Shown: piece after piece, positions 51,001 through 61,985 of the stretch | Numbering within the stretch: position 1 is the first letter of the stretch | Layout of the letters: each line of letters starts with the position of its first letter | Assembly: GCA_046563655.1 (NCBI GenBank) | Contig: CM102287.1 | Coordinates: forward strand, 5,394,001 to 5,458,000 | DNA from: Yuukianura sp. NJ FZ-2021 | Lineage: Eukaryota | DNA length: 64,000 nt | Direction of reading: 5' to 3' | Translations under genes and position numbers: made by a program | The notes under the pieces: generated by a model | Told to the model about the DNA's origin: nothing | The model's database searches: none | What the model saw: only the letters and a program-made list of their open reading frames with translations

Positions 51001-54000
51001 GCAAATATTTGCAAGTTGAGTGCAAATGTTTGGTCAGAAAACGGCAAATTTTGGAGTTTACAAAAGTAAAAAAAAAACTTTCGAAATAAAATTTAACACG
51101 CGTGTGAAAATTTATTAATGCTGATTTTAACCGAAACTGAATGTAAAAATAGCAAAAATGCTTTAAACTAAATACTAAAAGTTTAAGAAAAAAAAATAGT
51201 TTACGTGATTAAACTCCAGTTTCACCTACAAATTTTTATGCGTTGGAAAAAACTGTTTTAATTCAGCTAACGTGTGAAGACTGGGAACTGAAAACACATA
51301 AAACCTAAGTTTTTCAGAATTGAAAATTTTCAATTTTAGCTACGCTTTTTCAAATTTGGTCACATTGATATTTCCGGTATCGGTCGTCGACCTTTGGTGC
51401 TAATTTTTTTTTCAAACTCTCCATTTCACAAGCGTATCGGATTTGGACAATTTGGAAAATGACCCGCGGAGAAAATTGTTAATTTTGGCTCATAGTGTAC
51501 ACGAGATCCTCATTCAATCAATAACGCTTTTCCCTCGCCTATGGGAATTGTATAAATTAAGACTTGATTAATTACGAAACAGAACAATACTATTTCTTTC
51601 AAGGGGATGCACAGTTTTAAAAGGCTTTGCATCATCGGATGCTGGAGATGCTGCGGAGGTTAGGTTGCAGTAAGGTGATCACTCTGCCATAACCGGCCTT
51701 TGAGCATGTGCTGATGATGATTGTTTCTATTCTTAGACATTGGAATAACATTCGAGAAGATGAAATCCGAACTTTTAAGGACTGTGAATGTTAATGAGCT
51801 CAATGGCTATTAACTCAGCCGCTCTTCCTTCATCTCCAATTTATTTTTGGTTGTTCATCTCCGGAGTTATTAGCCCATTGGACATGGCATCAGAATATTG
51901 GCCATGTCCAAAGATCTCTGTTCAATTTGAATAGCCTCGGAGGATGATCCCGTCAGATTCAATTTATGGGAAAAGATAATGGAGATGAGGATGATTGCTA
52001 TTTTAAGTGCTTTCTGTCAAGGACTTTCGGCCAATTCCAATTTACACTCCTGCGGTCCTTGCTCCTTCAAAACGGTATTGCAGTTTAGTCCCGCTCTAAG
52101 GAAAGTGCTAAAATGTCGTCCAAAATTGGTAAACCACACATTACGAAAAATAGAAAGCCAAAAAATCGCAACTATTTTGAACATGTTAGATGATGCGCGT
52201 TACCCCTTGTGGTTAGTGATGATCGTTAGGTGAGTTAGGTCATGTGATGAAGATGATCACTTCCGTGATGATGATGCTTACTTCCACTTTGTGATGCTGC
52301 TGCTGTGTGGTGATGATGATTCGATGAATCACGCTACCCAGTATGTCCAGTAAAGGAAATCACTCGTCCGGTAACAGATTTTGAGTCTTTCAAATAATTT
52401 TTTGAGTCAACATGACTCATTTTTTGGAATCTTTTTTTGGTAACAGCAGCAGCGATTTCCAGCGCTGCACTCAAGACTGAAGCTAACAGAGAAATATTTA
52501 AGAACTGTTTTGAAGAAAAACATAAAATTGAACTCCATTTCCCCCTGAAGTGCTCTTTTGGACCCTGGAAGTCAAAATTGCGTAAAAAACTGAAACTTTT
52601 AGTTACGCTGATGCCACCCTAACCTAAACCTAACCTTGGCGTTCATAGATGAAACTAGGGGGTGAAAAAGAAGGAAACAATATTATTTCATTATTAACCC
52701 CAAAAGCTTCAGTTTTTTACGAGTTTTGGAACACCGAAAAAAGTTTAAGGGAAAAGTGATTCCGATGATTCAATGGAACGAGTAAATGAGCAGGGGAGAC
52801 TTTTTAGTGTAAAAAAAATTTTGGTTTGGATAGGGATGGCGAAAGTGATTCATTGACAAGGGCCGCTCAAAAAGAAAAGACTTTCACTTGCACCCTCAAC
52901 CATCAAAATCAAACGTTTTACCCAAACTGCTAAGTAGCAAGGCCGAAACTAACCTAACTTAGGGTCAGATTAGCCTAACTTTAACGCAAAAGCGTAGGAA
53001 ATCCTAAACCTAGAGAGCTAACTGACTTAGGCTTACACAACCTAGGCAGGAGCAGATGTGTCTTTCTAGATAATGGTTGTCAATCAATCGTTATGACACA
53101 TTTTCAGATTGTTACCGTAGGCAATAGTGCTAATCTGGACAAAGGGTCCATTGTTCTGGACAGTATCACAAGATCTATTGACAGAATCCGGGACTGTCTT
53201 GGACGGACACGTACGGACCGGATATGGTCGTTTTCTAACAAAAATGTTCATACGCTACCGCCTATATAAGTGTCAGCAGAGTGGTAACAGTTCAAAAGTA
53301 AAAAATTTATATCCGTAACCATCCATCCGTGCAGAAGTGTTCCATCTATGTGTCGCAATCCAGAAATTTGGTGCATAGTGAAAGTGACCTTCAAGATGTA
53401 AATTCCGTCCGTATTTTGCCGTCCAGAAGTGACTGGATTGTGTTAGTGACATTAGCAGGGGACAATTTCACAAGCGGAGGAGCAGGGGGCCCTTGGTTGG
53501 CCCGAACAACGGCCTGTTTGGACGGAAAGTCCGAATTCGGTTTTTTGAGCGGAACTTGGAACAACAGAGGGAGGATGTTAACAAAAGGCTCTTGGCGAGT
53601 GATAAGGGTCTTCCTGTGTACCCTTAAGTGCCTCCACTGGTTCAGGAAATGTAGTTAGCCTCCAGAGGAGTCCTGGGCTGTTAACAGTTTAGCAAAAGCT
53701 GTTAAGGATGAAAGAATAATAATCAAACTGGTTTCTGGCCAAGTGCGGAAGAATGCCCACATGCAGAGGCAACTTTTTGGCTGGTTCCGAAAAACCTTGG
53801 CTTTAAGGGACAACAAGGGACTTTCATTTCAAAATGGAAGAATGAAAAGTATGCGGGGGGCTTCTGGTTTTTCAAAATTTTGAACCTTTTCAACCCAAAA
53901 TGTTGAGCCCCACCTAATGTCACTGATGATTGAATTTTGGCTTATTCTAAAGTCACTCAACGGAAGCTTCCTTTGACGCTCCCATCAAAACAATTGGTTA

Positions 54001-56400
54001 CGGAGGTCCTCAGCGTCAAAATCAACTGCACAAAGTGTTTTCAAAAGTTCGAAAAATTTAAAAAATCAAAAATTTTCGAAAATCATTTTGAACACAATGT
54101 TCCATTTCTCGAACTAAACCTAGAGCGATATTACCTAGATTCAAACACAAAAATACTCGATCGGCGTTGATCTTAACAAATTCGGAAATTTTGAAGTAAA
54201 TTGAAAATCAAAAATCGAAAATGTGTACATAATTATTTTGATTACAACAAAAAATCGTGGTATGCGTAAGGGCTCTGTAAAAATTTTGAAGGGGTAGCCT
54301 TAGCTTTTGCCTTCCAGAAAAAAACGGGTCTTTGTAAAGGGCCCTTCGTGGACGGGATTCCGAGTCCTGGCGTCTCCTAACTGCTTCAAACCGTGAAACA
54401 AAATTTCAGTTTCAGTTGTTAGCCCTTCATGAATTTGTGAAGGGAACCCTCCCGTTCTGAACGTTGTTTCGAATGAGTCGCCGTCAACTTTGAAAAAAAC
54501 ATTCCGAAGAGCCGTGGGCTGGGAGAAGATGAAAAACCAGAGACGATCGTCATTCTAACTTCAGTCTCGAAACAGAAGTGATCCACGAAGGACCGTTATT
54601 CTCTGGTCCTCAGGGACGTTACAATAGCGTACCGCAAAAGTTTAAAAGTTACAACACTGACTGAAGTGTAACTTTGCGAAGTTACAAAGTTACGACGTTA
54701 CCAATTTGATCCTGCAAGTAAAATACTAAAGGTCCAACATCTAAGCCACGCAACAATTTCAAGAAAAATTCGCTTGGAAAATAAGCATTCAATTCAGTTA
54801 AGGTGAACCTTTCTGAGCGCTTCAAGTGTACTGTTGTACTGCTATTCGAAATTTCAAATTTTTGGGTCGTGGCAGTTCAAACAATTTATTGTCAATTGTT
54901 GCAAGTGAATTGAAAAGTTCGAAATTTTGAAATAGTGAACTCCGTTTCTTTGTCATTTTGAAAAAGGTGAAACAGTAAGGACAAAAGTCAATTGAAGAGG
55001 ATCCGAAAACCCGGCAAAGGTACAATTGGAGTTAACTTCATTCTAAAACTATTTTTGAGCACAGTTGGTTTTCATGTTAACTTTTGAACAAGCTTTTCAG
55101 CAAAAGAATTCAACTGGAAATTTTGAAAAGTTGAGTTTCGAAAAAACGAAAAGAAAAAATGGCTATTCATCGAAGGTTCAAAAACCAAAACTCTGAAGAA
55201 AAGTCAAAATTCTTTCAGTTTTGTAGGAGAAAGGTGAACAAATTGTTTTCAAAATAGACTCAAGAAAACAAAATGTTCAACTTTTTTGAAATCTTGTTGT
55301 CCTAAAAAGTTTCATGCACTTTAGAAAAAAGCTATTTTTCAAAATTCTGCCAGTCAAAGATTTAAAAAAGAAGTCGAAGTTTTTCAAAGTCAAAATTCTC
55401 AGTTGCGCTTTAGTTCGAGTTTCTTATTCAATTCAAAAATCTTCAAAATGCTTGAATTTTTGAAAGCTTTTGGAAATGGAAAAACTGTTGTTGAAATGAA
55501 AACGCTTAAAATTTTCGTGTTTTCGAAAGTTGCGGAACCTGTAAAATGAAAAACAAATATTTTGTTAGGCCTATTTTGGCCTTAAGACTTTCCGTTTAAC
55601 ATCTTGAGCAAATAGAATTAAGTGAAGACTTTAAATAGTACTTAAGTGCTCAAGGCGTGTGATCTCTTGTGCGTAGCGCATAGCATCTTTTTAATCATTC
55701 CAACCACTTAACTTTTTAGTTAAAGCACTTCACTTTTCCTCCTAAATTCTTCTTTCAAACAAAATGTTTTAGAATTCATTAGGACTTGATAAGTGAATGT
55801 TGGAATATATGGAAAGTCTAATGGATAGGAACAGTTTATGGTCCTGTCAGGTCTATTAATTTTTCTGATTCTTTTCTTATTTCAGAACCACTGCTGAGAG
55901 CAACTGGAATTATTATCCAATTTGGGTGCCTTGGACGGCGGGAGCACTTAAGTCATCTAACGAAACCAAACACTTGAAACGACGAAAACAGCATAGTTGT
56001 GCTGGGTACTTGGAAGTACTCAGATTGTACAAGTGTTGAAAGGATTCGAGAAAAAAAGCATTGGCAATGCTTTAGTGGAAGTGTGAAGAGGATTTTTAAA
56101 ACGGAAAAAAAATCTACGGGGAACGCGGTCCGACAAAAACAGAAGAAAACCAAACTAAAAAAAAGCTTTTGAAAAAACGAAAAAAGCTTTTGAAGATGTT
56201 CGTGAGGCGAATTGAAAGGGAAGTCTCGTAAAGAATGAAATGATAATTTGAGGACCGTTCGTCGTTGCTCAATTTTCGGAAAAAGAAGACACGTCGTGGC
56301 TCCACTTAACGCCACCGTGTTCCAAATTTTTCGAAAAGTGAACCACCATTTTCAAAATCTTCGGAAAACTGAAGCACTGAACCATACGCTGAATTTCAAA

Positions 56401-59400
56401 ATGGATTTCACTTGGAAATTGCACAAAATTCCGAAAGGAACGTCACCGCGTCCTTCCAGAAGATCCATTTCACAAAATTTTCTGAAATTTCGAAAACCTT
56501 GTTCGACTAACCTAACCTCCGCAATTTATTGTGTCCTGGTCAGCAGTTTGTTTCTCGTGACAAACTTTGGTTCAGTTCTGAGTGATAGTAGTAACTCCTT
56601 TGAGAGTTGTAAAAAGACTTCCGTCGTTGGGGGTGGATCGGACTTAAACTTGTCCTGTCACCTCCGTACGATCAATGGCTTTGACAAAACCAACTTCAGT
56701 ACAGGGATGGCCGTTGACAACGTCGTGTCACTCGAAGTCTTCTGCTCCGATGTCCATTTCTATCAAAGTTCACTTCAGCCCGGGAGCCTCGCTTCGCTTC
56801 CCCGTCTGGGCAACTTACATATCGAACATTGCAAGTTAAGTCGACTTCCGCCTGGATTGCTGTCAGGTCTGAGCTTTCTAAGAAACTTGACCTTGAGGAC
56901 GCACAACACAGCTTGGCCCGTGCTAAGTTTAGACATTGGTCCAGGACTGCTCAAAGGTCAAACGCAGTTGGAGAGAATCGATCTCTCAGCGAACAATATC
57001 TGGACATTTCCGGACAAATTGTTCTGTCCAGCAGCGTCACTGGAGACGCTAAACGTGAGCTTAAACCGACTTCAGGACATTAGTGACTTGAGCTTCCGGG
57101 ACAAAGAAGGGCTCACAACTGGAGCCAATTCTTGCAAAATGGGCATCCAAGTTCTAGATGTGTCCAGAAATAGGCTCATTCTGCTCCCAGCCAAAGGGCT
57201 CTCCACTTTGACTCAACTAAAGGAATTGTATCTTGAGGGAAACGAAATTTCTGTAGTAGCTGAGCGTGCTCTGAGTGGCCTCAAAGGGCTCAGGATTCTG
57301 TCCTTGGCTAACAACAAAGTCCAGAGTCTCCCTCCAGAACTATTTGTTGACACCCCGGAGATATCCGAGATTTATTTACAAAACAACTCCCTGGCATCCA
57401 TGGCTCCAGGACTTTTTAGTAAATTGGATCAGTTGGTAGTGCTGGACTTATCCTACAATGCACTCACTTCTGCATGGATGAACGGAGAACAAGCAAGAAG
57501 GGACGGAGAAGAAGAGGAAGGGAACGCAGGCGATGGACAAACGAAGGGCTCCGGGACTTTTGCAGGGCTCATTCGCCTGGTCCTGCTAGGACTTGGACAT
57601 AATCGACTAACCCATCTTGTCCCAGAATCTTTTCGTGACCTCTACTCTCTCCAGATTCTGAATCTACAAAACAACCAGATCGAGTCGATTGATGGCAACA
57701 CTTTTTCGGCAATGAATAACCTCCATACCCTCTTGCTCTCTTTCAACCGACTCAGTTTCATTGACTCGACGTCTCTGAATGGACTGTTTGTGCTCAGTGT
57801 GTTGTCTCTGGATAACAACAACATCTCCAAAATCCATCCAGCTGCCTTTCATAACTGCTCTAGCTTGAAAGATTTGAATCTAAATGGAAACGGACTCCAG
57901 GAAATACCAACAGCAGTCCAGAACTTGACGCTACTGAAAACAATTGACCTTGGAGAAAATGGAATTGAAGCGCTGGAGTCTCCGCCGAAACTCATCGGAC
58001 TCCCAAAGTAAGTTTTGTTATTCAAAACAGAATTTTTTGAAATAAGGTTTTCTCTAAAGCTAAAAATTCCCAAGAATTTCTAAAAACCGAACTTTCTCCA
58101 AGAGTAGAAAGTTCGGAAATTGAATGCTTTTCATTTACGGAATTCTGGCATGACTCAAAATGTTTGAGGAAGAAAAATTGTAAATTTCAAAATTTTGATG
58201 TTGTTTTTCGCTTGATCTTAGTTTGTACGGACTGAGACTGACAGGAAATCGGATCGTCAATGTCAGTAAAGACGCTTTGAAGGAACTTCCTTCTTTGAAA
58301 ATCTTAAACGTGGCTAGAAATCAACTTCAGTCTGTGGAGCCTGGTGCCTTTGATTCCAACTTGAACCTCCAAGCTGTTCGTCTCGACTCGAACTACCTCT
58401 CCGACGTGTCAAATCTGTTCGCTCAGTCACCGTCCTTGATCTGGCTCAACATGTCAGACAACCACTTGACCTGGTTTGACTACGCCCTCATCCCACAACA
58501 ACTCCAGTGGATTGACCTCCACAAAAATCAAATCACTGAACTAGGCAACTTCTACGGTCGATCAGATCTGAGACTCCAGACACTCGATGCGTCGTTCAAC
58601 AGAATCACTCGAGTGGGAAGTGAAAACATTCCGGATTCAATTGAAATGGCTTTTCTCAATGACAACCTCATCACACACGTTGAACCACACACTTTCTTCA
58701 AGAAAGCAAATCTATCCAGAGTGGACATTTTTGCAAACCAAATTGAAACGCTGGAGCTCAGCGCTCTCAGACTCGCACCTTTTCCGGAAGACAAACCACT
58801 TCCAGAATTTTACATTGGTAAGTATTTTTCAACAATCATCTACGTTGCTTTTAATGTATCAACTTTTCAAAATTTCAAAAAAATTGTTCTCTTTTTTACA
58901 GGAGGAAACCCTATTACATGTGAGTAATTTTTTTTTATTAGAATAAGTAAGCTTACACGCCTCTCATATAAAGTAAAGATAAAATTTGGTCTCAACTGAG
59001 GTTTGGAATTTAAAGTTTCAGTAAATTTCACGTTGAAAAGTTTTAGTCTGTGTGTGAAATTTTTTCTCAAAATTTGAAAACTTTGAGTTTTACTGGAAAA
59101 TTGATGGAACGGATGTTTTTAGGCGACTGTAACATGGAGTGGTTGCAGAGAATCAATAAGTTGGACCATCTTCGCCAGCATCCTCGCGTGATGGACCTGG
59201 AGAGCGTCTATTGTAAGCTCGTTTACCACCGAGACAAGTACTATGTGCCGCTTGCAGAGGCTGATCCAGCTCAGTTTCTGTGTTCATACGAGACGCATTG
59301 CTTTCACCTCTGCCACTGCTGTGACTTTGACGCCTGTAAGTCCTAACTACACCACTTAATGCTTTCTAACATTTCATACTTTGACCTCCGACCTCCACTT

Positions 59401-61805
59401 TTCCGCTTATTTCATTTTCTGGATTCACCAAAAAACTAACCAATCGGTTGTCTTCTTTTGTCACCTTGGACAACTGAGCGGTCGCTGCGATTCACTAAAC
59501 AAGCCTAGCCTGAGGAAAATCTAACTGAATTAATTTTATATTAATGTATTAATATATTTATTAATTTACTCGTTTTTAGGCGATTGTAGGATGTCATGTC
59601 CAGACAACTGCACTTGCTACCACGACGACACTTGGACAGCCAACATTGCCGACTGTGCCTCAAGAGGTCACACCACAGTCCCCTCACGAATTCCCATGGA
59701 CTCTACGGAAGTGGTAAGTTTTTTTTTCTTCTTTGTCGAGAATTTTTAGTTTGAAATTTTGTAAAAAAAAAATGGCTAAGTCCAATTTCTTGTGAAATGG
59801 TAAAGTACCTCGATGGAAACTTTCTGGAGGAACTTCCGAGTCACGTCTTCATTGCTCGCAAGAATCTTCAAGTTCTGTACCTCAACCACTCTGGAATCTC
59901 GGTCATTGGAAATAATTCATTCAGTGGACTCAAGCGCCTCACCGTACTTCAGCTCGGTAAGAAACAACTTTCTACTTTCACTTTTTCAAACACGGATTTC
60001 ACTTGATGAGCAGCGTTCTAAACAAGACACGTTCTTTTAAAAAAAAAGTTTTCGAAGAATTGCTTTCTTCCGTCTCTCAAATTCCTTTTCTGTTCGTCTG
60101 TTCAATTACTGCAATCACGCGTCCTGGTTTCTAAAAAAAATGTCCGAAGCGGACTGAGGCCAGTAACGTAATGTCCATTTTTTTTTCAAAAATTCGAAAT
60201 TTTGAATTTAGATTTCAAAAGACTCAAAACAGTCCTGTCTCATTTTAGCGCCAATCACTTTCGTTCCTGAATTTCACCCGAATTTGAAAGTCAGAATAAA
60301 GTTTGTTCTTTCAGATTATCCTTTGCTGACTTTCACTTTAAGATGGATCGGTTTCGAGTTGACTGTAGTTGACCTAATGTCATTATTGACGTGAAAAATT
60401 TGCATTATTTTGAATTAGGTGTTGATGTTCTCATGTTATGGTGGTCCTGCGCGTTTTTTGAATGTTTGGACTTATGGGAGATTGATGCGTGATATGTTGC
60501 TCTGCAGGTAACAATTTCCTTACGGAATTGCGTGGTTATGAATTTGAGCCACTGGAAAGCCTGCGTGAACTCTACCTCCAGTCAAACCAAATCCGATTCA
60601 TTGCCAACCACACGTTCCTCACTCTGCGTGGACTCGAAATTTTAGTTCTGGAAGGGAACCAACTCACGCATTTTTCCTTTTGGACACTTTCCCAAAATCC
60701 GTATCTCGTTGAAGTAGCTCTGACTGGAAATCCTTGGTCATGTGACTGTGACTTTGTCTCTTCGGCGGCTCCATGGATCCAGTCCAACTCAGCCAAGCTG
60801 TCGGACTCTTCTGGAGTCTCCTGCACCTTCAATGGAAGGACCCTGTCTCTCCTGGCTATGAATGGAACCAAGTGCTCAGAAATAAGGGCCCTCTCTGGGG
60901 CCGTCGAGGCTCAGGAGACTTCACTTCCGCCGTACTGGCCTCTGATTGGTGGAGTCATGGGCACTTGTCTTCTGCTCGGGATGATCCTGCTCGCTGTCTG
61001 TCGGAAACGGACGTCACTTCGTGTTTGGGCCACGTCAAAGTGTCCACTGAATCAATGTTATCAGACAACGCTTGACTCTGAAGATCGTGAGAAACTGTAT
61101 GATGCATACGTTGCATATAGTGTCAAGGACGAGGCTTGGGTGAGCCAAGTCCTTGCATCAGAATTGACCCAGTGTGACACGCCCCTTCGCCTTCTTCTGC
61201 ACTACAAAGAGTTTGGTGGTACTTCATACATAAGTGACACAATTGTGGAAGCAGTTGAATCTAGTAAAAGAACAGTGATTGTGTTGTCTAAAAATTTTGT
61301 TCAATCGGAATGGTCACGATTTGAATTCAAATCAGCTTTACACGCAGCACTTCGCGGGAAAAAGAATCGACTAATCGCTGTCACCCTTGGAGATCTACCA
61401 ACTCGTGATCTCGATCCTGACCTACGTGTAGCTCTACGTACAGCCACAATTTTATCAGCTAACGACAAACTATTTTGGGCTAAACTAAAATGTGCCCTAC
61501 CAGATCCACGAGTTACGTACACACTAAACAGAAGTAACGCCGGAACGGCCATGCGCAGTCACCAAAATCACGCTTCTGCGCATCCACTCAATGGACTGAA
61601 CTACAGCACTGCGACGCTCGAGAGAGGTCGAAGGTCAGCTACTGGAAGTCTTAGCAACTGCAACAGCATTGCGACTACTCCGAACAGTGGGTCCGTCAAT
61701 GTCCCACTTTTTGTGCCCCCCTTCCCACCCCCAAATCGACCCCCTCCCCCGTTCCCCACCCCCCGAAGACCCCCACCCCCTGCTCCATCAAACATGTGGG
61801 GATGA
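56401..61805 (+). CDS. Toll-6: Long Toll receptor, most like Toll-6 (LRRs, Cys-rich caps, TM, TIR); 7 coding exons: 56401-58007, 58222-58817, 58902-58919, 59123-59335, 59580-59713, 59806-59955, 60508-61805
   Basis: Many LRRs; [55 protein letters not shown]...[13 protein letters not shown] helix [23 protein letters not shown] box [10 protein letters not shown]...[12 protein letters not shown]...LFWAKL. The Toll-6 versus Toll-7/8 call rests on recalled motifs. Confidence 0.88.
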
Positions 61806-61985
61806 CAACTAATGACCCCTCCTGACCTCCCATACCCCCCGGAGGACTTTGACCCCTTGACCTTTGACCCCTACGAAACGTGTTCAACTGTAGTCATGGG
61901 AGGAGGGGATTATCCAAGTCATCATCATCTTCAGTCTTGCTACGACTACAGTCCCATCCACATCCAACAACACTATTACAAGTAA
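61806..61985 (+). CDS. Putative stop-codon readthrough extension of the Toll receptor (59 codons plus TAA)
   Basis: In-frame open reading after TGA-CAA-CTA: QLMTPPDLPYPPEDFDPLTFDPYETCSTVVMGGGDYPSHHHLQSCYDYSPIHIQQHYYK*. Base composition becomes AT-rich only after this second stop. Confidence 0.6.
   Translation, partial: QLMTPPDLPYPPEDFDPLTFDPYETCSTVVMGGGDYPSHHHLQSCYDYSPIHIQQHYYK

Noticed and set aside
56248..56400. N-terminal parts of ORF-track entries starting at TTG/GTG (also 35623-35718 and 27578-27609)
   Set aside because: These are artefacts of bacterial start-codon rules; the ATG or splice-based starts give sensible signal sequences.
61803..61805. Selenocysteine recoding of the Toll TGA
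   Set aside because: No SECIS-like AUGA...AA...GA stem was recognised in the AT-rich 3' UTR and the position is not catalytic; CARYYA-type readthrough fits better.
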